Source of the DNA: Amphiscolops sp. MND2022
Lineage: Eukaryota
DNA length: 64,000 bases
Assembly: GCA_964187785.1 (NCBI GenBank)
Contig: OZ076409.1
Location: forward strand, 3,598,001 to 3,662,000
Direction of reading: 5' to 3'
Made by a program: the position numbers and the translations under genes. Each line of letters begins with the position of its first letter. The stretch's first letter is position 1. Below are positions 31,547 to 44,412 of the stretch, piece by piece. The notes beneath the pieces are model-generated. The model was not told the DNA's origin. It searched no databases and was given only the letters and a program-made list of their open reading frames with translations.

Positions 31547-32583
31547 CCAGTGGAGGCAAAGGTACAATCACGAGAAAGGCCGTAATAACATTGTAGAGGT
31601 AAGCAATGAGGCGAAACTCACACGATAACGACCATCAATTGTTATGCATTGTACAAAACTTGCTCAAAACGGCTTCCTTTCATCTGCAATCTTTCATCCT
31701 GTAACGCACGCGCGAACCACCACAGGTGATGTACAGGCCATGTTGTTTGTTATCACCGTTCTTCCTCCGAACTGCTTCGCGGTCCTCCGGAGAACGGTGA
31801 TCTTGTTATTTACAATTTAACAAAAATATACTGACACATTCAGTTCCAACATCTGAAGCAACAGTTGAGTTATGTCTCATTTACTTTTTGTGACCTCTGA
31901 AACCCCTTTAATTGTCACCGTAAGTGCAGAATCACTTCTTTTTTGCGTTCAAAAAGTGAAAAAGCATCGAAAATTGAGAAAATTTTTTTTTTCGAAAAAA
32001 TTCGCAATTTTTAGAATTTTGGTAGAACTTTTGTAGAACTTTTTATTTTTTTATTTTTTATCCTGAACACGCGATGCTGAAAACACATCGACTGTACTGC
32101 TACCGCTCAAGTAAACATCATCTCATATAAAGTTCGGAAGTTATGACGCGATGACCGGAGAATTCACAATTTTCCACTACTTTTTCCCCTTCTATCTCTC
32201 AGCCTAGTATCACCAGCCTAATGATTTTTGGCATGCGAACACCTGACATCATTTATGCCTCGCATACAAAGTATCAGCCAATTGTATCCACATGCTGCAG
32301 ATATCGCAGCGAAAAAGTACCGAAACAGGGTGAAAAAACCGATCATTTGCTCATAACTTCCCGCCAAGTAATAGGATCGTGTTTGGTCAGCAGAACATCA
32401 GTCATACATCGGCAAGATAAGTGCACATGCAAAGTTTCATCAAAATCCTACGGTTCAATTCGAAAATCGCTGTTTTTTACCGACTGACCGAGAGGTATAT
32501 AGTTCGACATGCGAAAGTTGAGCTCGGCATCGGGACCCTCCCCGGCCTCGCAATAAATAATGTGGGGAGGTTCCCCTGACCAC
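31547..32583 (-). mobile_element. Non-autonomous unit C (1037 bp, type 1)
   Basis: Left part resembles unit A; ends at GACCAC|CTAG; stem-loop at 31752-31801. Confidence 0.85.
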
Positions 32584-34725
32584 CTAGCGATGGAGCGATT
32601 TAGAGCACTGCTAGGTAGAGACCTAAACGAAACGGTTGAAAGTTTGTTACTGAAGTATGACACAAACAAATATCCCACGCGAAATCTTTTGTGTATGTTG
32701 TTCACAACTCAACAATAAAAATATCATCACACTGCCAAAATAGGCCAATGGTGACCTCCGTCACGTCACCAAAGAGGTATGTTGGGTTTTGCGTTCAAAA
32801 CAAGCACCGTTGTTCCCGCGAGATGCTGCGCAACTCACGGAACACCGGTGACAATGAATTTTGCTAGCCGATTTGCAACAACTTAATTAACACTTTCAGG
32901 CACTTTTTGGCATACCTTTTGCCCAAGGGATATTTTGCTCCTTACAGATAGTAAACCCCAACCCCCTAAGCAGTTTCAAGTTCGCTGCAGCTGCTTCGTG
33001 TGCTGCATCAAATGCAACTCAACGTGATGCAATGATTTATCATCCGATCAGTCATAATGCCAAAACTCAAAAAAATCAACTTTTTTCAAATGTCTCCTAC
33101 AGGTGAACGAATTACATTTTTGGAACCCCCATTGGATGCTGACAATTTTTGACCTTATGGTCCGAGACCGTGCGGACCGTTCCGGCTGCTCAAATCATCA
33201 AATTGATCAAAGTGATTCAGTCAAAAAAATTAATTTGGCACTTTTCGGCACTTTGGTTGCCCCCTGGGGGAAATTTTTTTGGACCGTTCGAAAGACCGTT
33301 GACCGTTGATGATTTTCATAAATGTGCACTTTGCCGCTACGGGCTTTCCTTCATGGTGAAAATGGCCTTTGATTCGGTCATTGATTAATCAAAGATGAAA
33401 AAAGATGAAAAAAAAAACCAAAAAACGCAAAAAAACCCTACAAAATGAATTTTCCTGGAAAAACGTCAGCAGAAAAAAGTTCTTAAATTTTTGTCATGAA
33501 GCCACATGCAAAGTTTCAGACAAATCCTACGGGTGAATTTCGAGATCGGTTAAAATACTTCGCAATCCTGAAGGTAGGAATTGATAGAATGTGCTCGGCT
33601 CTCGGGACCCTCCCCGGCCTCGCAATATTTTCTGATGGGCATCCCCCTTGACCACCTAGCGATGGAGCGATTTAGAGCACTGCTAGTAAAAGGCCTAAAC
33701 TTAACAGCGCAACCTTTGCTAATGGAGTATGAAAAAGAAATATTGAGGCTAGCAATTTTTTGTAAGTTATTCTGGGATTGAACGATAAATATCATCACCC
33801 TGACGAGTGAATGTCTATGGTGACTGCCGTCAACTTAACTCAAGGGATTTTGTGGTTTTTTGCTTTCTAAGCAAGCACCGTTGCTCCTGCGAGATGCTGC
33901 GCAACTCTCGGAACACCGGTGACAATAAATTTTGCTGATCGATTTGCAATAACCAAATCATCACTTTGAGGCATTTTTTGGCACAACTTATGCCCTAGGG
34001 CTATTTTGCTCTTTACAGAGGGTAAACCCTAGCCCCATAATCAGTTTCAAGTTTGCTGCAGCTGCTTCCTGTGCTGCATCATATCCAACTGAAAGTGATA
34101 CAAGTATTTCTCATCCAATCACTCATAATGACATATACCCCAAAAAATCAACTTTTTTCTGATGTCTCCTACAGGTGAACGAATTACATTTTTGGAACCC
34201 CCATTGGATGTTGACAATTTTTGACCTTATTGTCCGAGACCGTGCGGACCGTTCCGGCTGCTCAAATCATCAATTTGATCAAAGTGATTCAGTCAAAAAA
34301 ATAATTTTGGCACTTTTCGGCACTTTGGTTTCCCCCGGGGGGAAAATTTTTTGGACCGTTCGAAAGACCGTTGACCGTTGATGATTTTCATAAAAGTGCA
34401 CTTTGCCACTACGGGCTTTCCTTCATGGTGAAAATGGCCTTTGATTCGGTCATTGATTAATCAAAGATGAAAAAAGATGAAAAAAACCAAAAAAACGCAA
34501 AAAAACCCTACAAAATGAATTTTCCTGGAAAAACGTCAGCAGAAAAAAAATCTTAAATTTTTGAGATAAAGCCACATGCAAAGTTTCAGACAAATCCTAC
34601 GGGTGAATTTCGAGATCGGTTAAAATACTTCGCAATCCTGAAGGTAGGAATTGATAGAATGTGCTCGGCTCTCGGGACCCTCCCCGGCCTCGCAATATTT
34701 TCTGATGGGCATCCCCCTTGACCAC
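32584..34725 (-). mobile_element. Non-autonomous units D (32584-33655) and E (33656-34725), type 3
   Basis: Both begin ctagcgatggagcgatttagagcactgctag and end gggaccctccccggcctcgc...gaccac. Their interior is strongly diverged from the other types. Stem-loops at 32805-32850 and 33876-33921. Confidence 0.85.
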
Positions 34726-36797
34726 CCAGTGGAGGCAAGGAAACTAATTACCAGAGTGGGCGGGCGGCTTCTGTTGAATTAAATTTTAAAATACGCTACC
34801 AGTACTGTTCACTTTAGGTAACATCCATGGAAACGTTTTTCGTCTGTTCAACTGATGAAAAACTCTGTTTTTCATCAGTTTAACGAATGATTACATATCT
34901 CTCATTCCAACCACCCGGGTACTTCGTTATTTCTATCCGTTGTTCCTGCGAACTGCTTCGCATTTCTCAGGAACAACGGAGAAGTTGTTTCTTGAACTTT
35001 TTTCCGGGACAAAACAATGGCGGGACTTCTAACAAAAGAACAATTAGTTCTGTAAAGTGGCCACTCATCGACGAAGAGGTATGTGAAAATCCTTCAAGTA
35101 GTCATCGTAAGTGCAGCGTTACGTCATTTTCATGCTAAGAATGTGAAAAACCGTCGAAAAACGAAAAAATCTTTTTTTTGAAAAATTCGTCAATTTTAGA
35201 ATTTTTGTAGAACTTTTGAAGAACTTTTTCATTTTTTATTTTTTATCCTGACCACGTGATGATGAAAGTACCTCCAAAGTACTGCTACCGCTAAAGGAAA
35301 CACCATCAATACAAAAGTTCGGAAGTTATGACGGAATGACCGGATTTTTCACAATTTTCGGTTTATATTTCAGCTTCTATCTCCCAGCCTAGTATCACCA
35401 GCCTAATGGTTTTTGACATGCAAACATATTTCTTCATTTATGCCTCGCATGCAAAGTTTCAGCCAATTGTATCCACAGGCTGGTTGTACCGAGGCGTAAA
35501 CATGCCGAAAATAGGTGAAAAAACCGATCATTTGCTCATAACTTCCGACACAGTGTTGCAACCATGTTTTGCCAGGAGAAAAAAGTTCTTATAAGTTTGA
35601 GATCTACCGACACACAAAGTTTCATTCAAATCGTATGGCTCAATTCCAAAATCGCTGTTTTTCTGGACCCCTCACTCTAGATAGATATCTGACAGCATGG
35701 CTCGGACTCGGGGCCCCTCCCCCACCTCGCAAATATTCTGGTAGAGTATACTCGTGACCACCCAGTGGAGGCAAGGAAACTAATTACCAGAGTGGGCGGG
35801 CGGCTTCTGTCAAATTATATTTTAAAATACGCTACCAGTACTGTTCACTTTAAGTAACATCCATGGAAACGTTTTTCGTCTGTTCAACTGATGAAAAACT
35901 CTGTTTTTCATCAGTTTAATGAATGATTACATATGTCTCATTCCAACCACCCGGGTACTTCGTTATTTCTATCCGTTGTTCCTGCGAACTGCTTCGCATT
36001 TCTCAGGAACAACGGAGAAGTTGTTTCTTGAACTTTTTTCCGGGACAAAACAATGGCGGAACTTCTAACAAAAGAACAATTAGTTCTGTAAAGTGGCCAC
36101 TCATCGACGAAAAGGTATGTGAAAATCCTTCAAGTAGTCATCGTAAGTGCAGGGTTACGTCATTTTCATGCTCAGAACGTGAAAAAGCGTCGAAAACCGA
36201 AAAAATCTTTTTTTTTGAAAAATTCGTCAATTTTAGAATTTTTGTAGAACTTTTGAAGAACTTTTTTATTTTTTATTTTTCATCCTGACCACGTGATGAT
36301 GAAAGTACCTCCAAAGTACTGCTACCGCTAAAGGAAACACCATCAATACAAAAGTTCGGAAGTTATGACGGAATGACCGGACTTTTCACAATTTTCGGTT
36401 TATATTTCAGCTTCTATCTCCCAGCCTAGTATCACCAGCCTAATGGTTTTTGACATGCAAACATTTTCCTTCATTTATGCCTCGCATGCAAAGTTTCAGC
36501 CAATTGTATCCACAGGCTGGTTGTACCGAGGCGTAAACATGCCGATAATAGGTGAAAAAACCGATCATTTGCCCATAACTTCCGACACAGTGTTGCAACC
36601 ATGTTTTGCCAGGGGAAAAAAGTTCTTATAATTTTGAGATCTACCTACACACAAAATTTCATTCAAATCGTATGGCTCAATTCCAAAATCGCTGTTTTTC
36701 TGGACCCCTCACTCTAGATAGATATCTGACAGGAGGCTCGGACTCGGGGCCCCTCCCCCACCTCGCAAATATTCTGGTAGAGTATACTCGTGACCAC
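34726..36797 (-). mobile_element. Non-autonomous units F (34726-35761) and G (35762-36797), type 4
   Basis: Near-identical 1036-bp pair with the same junctions; stem-loops at 34936-34980 and 35972-36016. Confidence 0.85.
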
Positions 36798-37832
36798 CCA
36801 GTGGAGGCAAAGGTACAATCACGAGAAAGGCCGTAATGACATTGTAGAGGTAAGCAATGAGGCAAAAGTCACAGGATAACAACCATCAATTGTTTGCTTT
36901 GTACAAAAGTTGCTCAAAAGTGTTCTTTCATCAGCAATAATTCATCCTATACCGCACGCGCGAACCACCACAGGTGATGTACAGGCCATGGTTGTTTGTT
37001 ATCACCGTTCTTCCTCCGAACTGCTTCGCGGTCCTCCGGAGAACGGTGATGTTGTTATTTACAATTCAACAAAAATATACTGACAATTTCAGTTCCAACA
37101 ACTGAAAGAACAGTTCAGTTTTGTCTGATTTACTTTTTGTGACCTCTGAAACCCCTTTAGTTGTCACCGTAAGTGCAGAGTCACTTCTTTTTTGCGTTCA
37201 AAATGTGAAAAAGCATCGAAAAACGAGAAAATCTTTTTTTTTTTGAAAAATTCGCAATTTTTAGAATTTTTGTAGAACTTTTGTAGAACTTTTTTATTTT
37301 TTATTTTTTATCCTGGCCAGGTGATGTTGAAAACACATCGCCTGCACTGCTACCGCTCAAGTAAACACCATCTCATCCAAAGATCGGAAGTTATGACGCG
37401 ATGACCGGAAAATTCACAATTTTCCACTTCTTTTTCTACTTCTATCTCTCAGCCTAGTATCACCAGCCTAATGATTTTTGGCATGCACACACCTGACATC
37501 ATTTATGCCTCGCATGCAAAGTATCAGCCAATTGTATCCACATGCTGCAGATAGCGCAGCGAAAAAGTACCGAAAATGGGTGAAAAACCCGATCATTTGC
37601 TCATAACTTCCCGCCAAGTAATAGGATCATGTTTGACCAGCAGAACATCATTCTTACATCGGCAAGATAAGTACACATGCAAAGTTTAAAGAAGTTTTAT
37701 CGGTTCAATTCGAAAATCGCCGTTTTTTGACTGGTGTGCTAAAGGATATAGTACGACACGCGAAAATTAAGCTCGGCATCGGGACCCTCCCCGGCCTCGC
37801 ACTAAATAATGTGGGGAACTACCCCGGACCAC
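36798..37832 (-). mobile_element. Non-autonomous unit H (1035 bp, type 1)
   Basis: Left part nearly identical to unit A; right end resembles units B and I; stem-loop at 37001-37050. Confidence 0.85.
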
Positions 37833-38881
37833 CCAGTGGTGGCAAAGGTACCTTTTGCAAGCACTGGCCGTTATCCATTCTGTGAAAGTAGAGTTGCGGT
37901 AAAACGAAACCTACATTTGTACAACACTCATTTTAAAAACATGTTTTTACATACATTTTTTTTCACTATAACTGATTTCATATGTAACTGCAGTCACTTT
38001 TGCAGAAAAAGGGACTACAAGCGTTCGCTGCGGGTCACCTCTGTTCCTGCGTGCAGCTCCGCATCACTCGGAACACAGGTGACACTGTGTTTTTAGAGTC
38101 CAAATTGCGATACGTTTATATTTGTTTCCCAAAAACTGAAACCTGATTACTTCGTGATCCCGGGTAACAAACGAATGATATGATTAATACGATGCAAAAT
38201 AAAGCTGTTTTGAACACAGCGACGGTAAAAACAATGTCATTATTACATTCCTGAGAAAAAATTACGCTGGATTTGACAAAAATTTTTTTTTTGAAAAAAT
38301 TCTAAAATTTTAGAATTTTTGTAGAACTTTTGTAGAACTTTTTTATTTTTTATTTTTTATCCTGGCCACGTGATGTTGAAAACACATCGACTGCACTGCT
38401 ACCGCTCAATTAAACACCATCTCATACAAAGTTCGGAAGTTATGACGCGATGACCGGAGAATTCACAATTTTCCACTACTATTTCTACTTCTATCTCCCA
38501 GCCTAGTATCACCAGCCTAATGATTTTTGACATGCAAACACCTAACATCATTTATGCCTCGCATGCAAAGTATCAGCCAATTGTATCCACATGCTGCACA
38601 TATCGCAGCGAAAAAGTACCGAAATGGGGTGAAAAACCCGATCATTTGCTCATAACTTCCCGCCAAGTAATAGGATCATGTTTGACCAGCAGAACATCAG
38701 TCATACATCGGCAAGATAAGTACACATGCAAAGTTTAAAGAAGTTTTATCGGTTCAATTCGAAAATCGCCGTTTTTTGACTGGTATGCTAAAGGATATAG
38801 TACGACACGCGAAAATTAAGCTCGGCATCGGGACCCTCCCCGGCCTCGCACTAAATAATGTGGGGAACTACCCCGGACCAC
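37833..38881 (-). mobile_element. Non-autonomous unit I (1049 bp, type 5), last array member
   Basis: Begins with the hairpin ccagtggtggcaaaggtaccttttgcaagcactgg; stem-loop at 38034-38083; ends GACCAC|CCAGctataag. Confidence 0.85.
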
Positions 38882-39392
38882 CCAGCTATAAGAAATCAAA
38901 AAAATTGCCCATAAAGGACCATTTTATGGTGTACAAATTGACTGTCGAAAATTTCGTTCGAATCGTATGGACAGTTTTTGCGAAAATCAAAAAAAGTCCA
39001 AAATGGTTTTCTCTTGGCCGTTTTTGGGTTGATTTTGTCTATGTTTCTCACATCCCAGCCATACGAATTTGATGAAATTGCATACAAAGGACCATAATAT
39101 GGTGTAGAATGACTGTACTAAATTTCGTTGGAATCGTATGGTCAGATTTCGAGAAAAACGGAAAAAGTCGAGAAATGGCTGTTTTTTGGCCTTTTCGAGG
39201 TAAATTTGACTGTTTCTCACATTCTGGTCATACGATTTTAATGCTTTTGCGCATGCAGGGGCCCCTTTGGGTGGAGTAGGACTGTGAAAATTTTATGAAA
39301 ATCCTATGGACAGTTTTTAAGAATTCTGACATTTTTATTTCGGGAACGACACGAAGGTATAAGAAGTAGTCGAATGTTTTTTCCGACTCCAA
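38882..39392. repeat. Different interspersed repeat flanking the array, with internal subrepeats
   Basis: Three related blocks (ggaccat..tggtgta..gactgt..aatttcgtt.gaatcgtatgg) near 38915, 39090 and 39260; terminal inverted repeat agtcg...cgact at 39368-39388. Confidence 0.5.
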
Positions 39393-40599
39393 ATTACATG
39401 AGAAGGTAGTCATTAAAACAATACGCTTTCCTGAGAAAAGCAGCTCTTTTGCACTTTGAAGGGCAATTATTGCGGATTGGAACGATGTTCGGTCGCTAAC
39501 AGAAGTCAATAATTTTATAACGTGACGTTCCCGACTAACAGTAATAAAATATTTCAATTTTACGACGCGACTACGTCACGGCCTTGGCAGTAGACTAGAA
39601 ATCATTGCAACTGTGCGTCAACAATAAGTCACCTAGACCTGGCAGTCTGTCAAGTTTCCCAACAATTTCTCGTGAACACTCCGACACAACTTTATAAAAT
39701 CAGACGTCTTGGCCAGTTTTCAATCTAAATAAGCGCTATTTCACAAAATGAAAACCAACTGAAGCCAGTTTAAACTTATGTCACGATCACATCAACAACT
39801 AAAGTAAATGTTGAGGAACTGAATCCAGGCCCGTCTTAAGTCAATTTTAAGTAAGAATGTAGGGAGTTTGTGTTTTTTACGACCATCTCCCACTGTATAA
39901 GAAGGTCGTTATTTTGAAGAGGAATCTAGAGTATTTTAAAGGCTTAGGTGAGATATAATATTATAGTAAATTACAAACAAATAGGCACAGTTAATGTGCA
40001 GACTAACTCGATGTGATTATTGTTGATGCCCTCTACTTATGTCCAAGTGTTGTATGAAGTGCGAATAATTGCCTTTTGGAAGGGTTTAATACAAATGTTA
40101 TTTTACAAAATGTTGCCATTTATCATTTTTAGTACGATGCTACGCAATCATGTCGTTGTATTTTTCCATGTACTGTTTACGCTGTTTTGGAAGTTTTTCC
40201 TCATATTACTGTTGTTCCATTAGATAATTTTTGTTCATTTAAGTAATAGCTAGTATTATCACTTTTTCAATTGCTCCATGTACACATTAAACGAGGTTAA
40301 TGTTAACGAGTTGTTTTTTGTGAACATCATTGTAACCGTATGTTGGCTGACATTGTCATTACTTCAATCATTTTAGGGGTAAAATATCATCCTAAATAGT
40401 TTAAACAATTGAATGCTCCTTGTATCGTGATGGATATATTCTCTCTCAACATCATCAGACTGTTCAAAAGCAAGGAGACTAGACAAAATTTCCCAAGTTG
40501 AAACTCAAAATCATGTATTAATTGTCCTTGCCAGCGTTGTCTCCGCGTCAAACCAAAGCGGTAGAACAGGGAATTATTTTCGCCTTGAGAGACTGAAAT

Positions 40600-41210
40600 A
40601 GAAACACTTCCTGCCTAAGAGGAAATAATGTGATTAAGTGTGATGACGATTATCGGATTAAAAACTTCGTGTCCTAAAACTTGACGAAATCACGACCTAA
40701 TTCGAAACTCTAAATGAATTAGTCCCCCCCAAAGAAAAACAGGAAATGACTAACAGTTCGGGGAAAATGAAAGGACGCCGTCGTGATCAAATGATAATGT
40801 GAGGGTATAAATAGTTGAGATCTTGCTGTAAAATTCATTTCAACCTTTGTCTGCTTTTCTGAAAACTAAATCCAAATCTCTTGAGGTTCGATTCGAACAA
40901 CATAAACCTAATTTCTTTTCTTCAAAATATCTACTAAAAGTCAAAGGAGAAACGTCAAGTATCAAGAAAGCATCGAAAGTGTAAGTGAAGTTATAGTTTC
41001 TCCAGTTTCGTTTGAAGGCATAGATCCTAGTGAACCGGACGTCATGGAAGGGGCCCCTCCAAGTTCAAACAACCCAGGTTTGAAATTGGTGTTCTGGAGA
41101 GTTTGAGAAAGTCTTTGATTGAAAATATTGCCTCTGGAATTAAGGGTCTGCAGTTAGACTCCCAAAGAGAACTCCTGCATGTAAGATGCTAAAACCTGAA
41201 ATCAGAATGA
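40600..41210 (+). mobile_element. Degenerate LTR-like relic
   Basis: Collinear similarity to 43130-43760 (e.g. gtcgtgatcaaatgat followed by a TATA-like stretch). Limits approximate. Confidence 0.35.
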
Positions 41211-43119
41211 TATAGATAGTTCGTCTAAATGGTATATTTTTCGAAAACTGAAATTTGTTGTCCTAATTTGCCTACGCAAATTCAAATCTAAAATTGTTTT
41301 TGCACTTATCTATCTTTTTCAGAATGTCGAGATGTTCGTGGGTTCCGAATCTAGAGAGTTGAAAAAGAAAGAACTTCTTGGCAACAAACTACTTTTGTTC
41401 GCAGAAAACGGGAGTTTCTTCGAGACAAATGTGTAAGATCAAAAACATTGGTTTTCAATGTTTCATGAAAAACGCTCTGTAAGTTTGCTTCGAGCAACAA
41501 GCATTTTTTTACGTTCAAAAAAGCCAATCCGAAAAAATACACACCTGTTAAAACAAATATAGCGTACAATAATGTCGCAGCCCGCTCCCGGAGTGGGATG
41601 CTGCTTTAAAAGAGTCGGAATTCGGAGAGGACATGGATGCAGCCTACGCTTCCCAAGGTGGTATTTTGTCTTTTAATTCAAACTTTAAACTTAACTTTAA
41701 AATAAACTGTGACTAAGAATGCAAAATATACGTCTCCTATGCGCAAATTACCAACGAGAATGAAAACGGAAAGTAAATTGAACTAAAATGATTTTCACGC
41801 ATTTCCGGTAAGACGTTTCCAGTCACGCCAAAATAAGAAACAATCGCCACCTGAAAACTAGATTAAAACTTGCCTTAAAATAAGGAGACCACAAATTAAT
41901 CTGAATGAAAACATATCCAAAAGCATCTCCAAGGAAAACATCAATCAGATCTAAAATAGAAAATACATTGAGATGGCACGCCGCGGAGATTAGGCCTTTT
42001 CTAAGAAAGGCAGCCTAATTGCACTTTGAACAGCAATTAGTGCGATTTAGGACGACAATACTGCGCTACATAAACAAAGCGATGGTGAAAATAAGGATAC
42101 ATGTATATACCAAGTGACGTCATTGATTGGCATATGCATACCAGAAAATCATTCCAATTAACTGCCTATAATAATGGCCTAACTAGAAAATCATTTCAAT
42201 TTTCCGCCAATTTGACGTCACAGCGCTGCTAGCTAGTTAGACTTTCACTCCAAATTTACGTCCACGCTACGTCCTCTAAACTGGTGGACCAAATCTAATA
42301 TTAATACGTACGTCCACGTTACGTCAAAAAGCCATCAAAATAACCGTTTCAGACCAGCTAGAAATACGAAATGGGTGTTGTTTTTAATGGTACAAGATGA
42401 ATGGAATCGATCAGCTTATGTTTAGCTAAATTAGAATGAAAATGGAAAGGGTTTTAAGATACGTCTACTTGTCGTCAAATGAAACGTTTAACTAAATACA
42501 CTTGCTAAGGCTCAAAATTGAACAAAACTTTTCCACATTTTTTAAAAAGGGAAGTCACAGTTTATCCTGAAGATCACTCGATGTGTTTTATAACAATGAC
42601 TGAAAACTCTTGATACTACTTTTATACAAATTAACGTCGTTTTAACGTACTGAGAAAACCAAACGTTGCAATATTTTTGTATTGGAATTATATTTTTTCC
42701 AATGTTATATTTGTACTTCATTTATTACTCTCATATCTGATGTTGGCTTAATTATGCATTAAGGATTTAAACCAGTGCTATTTTAAAGTTGATGTTGCCT
42801 TTTAACGTTGCTGTTGAAGGAAATTTGATTAGACGTCATTAGTACGTCAAACCAGAATTGCGCTGAGTTGGATACAAAATTTATGTGTGTTAAACATTTT
42901 AGTTACGCACATTCATCAATTGATCCTTCCTATTCTCCCAGCATCTCTAAATATTCACAGCAAACGAGATTAGTCAATTTTTCTTGGAGTAAAAACTCAA
43001 AATCAGGTATTAGTTGTTCACGCCAGCGTCATCTCAACGTCAATTTTCCTACGAACCAAAGCAGTAAAACAAAGAAACATTTCGGGTTTGACATACTGAA
43101 GTAATATCTACTTCCTGCT

Positions 43120-43876
43120 TGGGAGGAAGCAAAAGGACGCCGGGATGAAATGATATACTCGTGATAATTGACTTATATCGAAAATTGTTGTCGTGTCTTA
43201 AAATTCAACGAATTGTCGACGCAAATTTGGGATCGGAATGATTTTTTCACTGAAAAACAAGAAATAACTAATTGTTCGAGGAAAATTAGGATTATAGTCG
43301 TGATCAAATGATGCTAGGAGTATATATATGATGGTTTTGAGTAACTACGGGTCTCAGTCTTTTCACAGTTGTGTAAATCAGTTGTACTAGAATCTGTTTA
43401 ACTCAATTTGCCTCACTCAACTTTGTTAAAAAATCGTCAGACGATAAAATTGAATTCTTCAATCCAAACTTTCTTCCTCAAAAATTTCAACTACTAGAAG
43501 CCAAAAGAGAAAGAACAATCAACAAGAGAGCACCGAAAGTTTTATTGAAGGTTTTGTTTCTTCTAAAACGGTAAATAATTCTTCTTGTCCCTTAGATCAG
43601 GACGTAAATGTTGCGGGACCTTCGAGACCAAAATCTCCTACGATTGAAAATAGCTTCTTGAAAAGCCTGAGAGCATCTTTGAAAAGAGAAGATACTCCCG
43701 AAATCAAGAATCTTCCCGTTGAATCACAGAAAAAATGTTGAAAAGGCTAAAACCGGAAAACGTAAGAGGAAACACTGAAGAGGAAGCGGAAAATGAAACT
43801 AGGAGCTTCTACACTCCTACGAAATCAGTTAGGATCAATTCTACCCAAAATAACGACCTGTGTAGTAGTCGTAACA
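43120..43876 (+). mobile_element. Probable solo LTR-like relic
   Basis: Related to 40600-41210; TATA-like tatatatatg at 43321; ends in ...gtcgtaaCA. No internal retrotransposon domains seen and the left limit is uncertain. Confidence 0.4.
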
Positions 43877-44412
43877 AATAACTGTACACACCGCCTTTGA
43901 TTCTTTCTGAGATTTTGGGCGATGTTACTTGAACGAAAGAAGTTAACGAATAAACAACGAGATTTCACATTCCAAGTTGAACGCAGGCGAAGCTTTCGCC
44001 ATAACGATACTTCGTACGCATCATCTCAAAAAGGCATTGCATCGTTGCTACGAGAGTTGAACAACCAATTTGAAGACTTGCAGCAGTGCGACCTCTCTGC
44101 AGCAAGATTTGGTAACGAAAGGCGGTTCGACAGAAAATTGGAAAAAAACAATTAGGACTTCAATAACGATTTAGCAAACGCAAAAATTTTGGAATCGGAA
44201 TGTTTCTTGTAAACTGTGTGGTCAGTAAAATTTAGTTCCGTCCAAATTTCATACATGGGAAAGTTTTCACGACACGGCGTTTGTTTTCACGACACGGCGT
44301 TTGTTTTCACACAAAACAGTTCACTCCTTTTTGTTAATTCTGACGTTAGACATGAACCTTTAAAACTTAGCTGCTTTACGGACACGAATCATTTACTGCA
44401 TCTCTATAAACA

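Noticed and set aside
34852..34878. Hammerhead ribozyme suggested by CTGATGA...GAAA
   Set aside because: CTGATGA is fully paired in a simple hairpin and no three-stem core can be drawn.
13601..38738. Recurrent plus-strand ORFs (MIFGMQTP..., MNELHFW..., MVFDMQT...)
   Set aside because: They recur only because the DNA is repeated. Lengths and stops vary, they are antisense to the element genes and show no recognisable domain.
44020..44150. Similarity to 60165-60292
   Set aside because: Short diverged interspersed repeat fragment, too little to classify.
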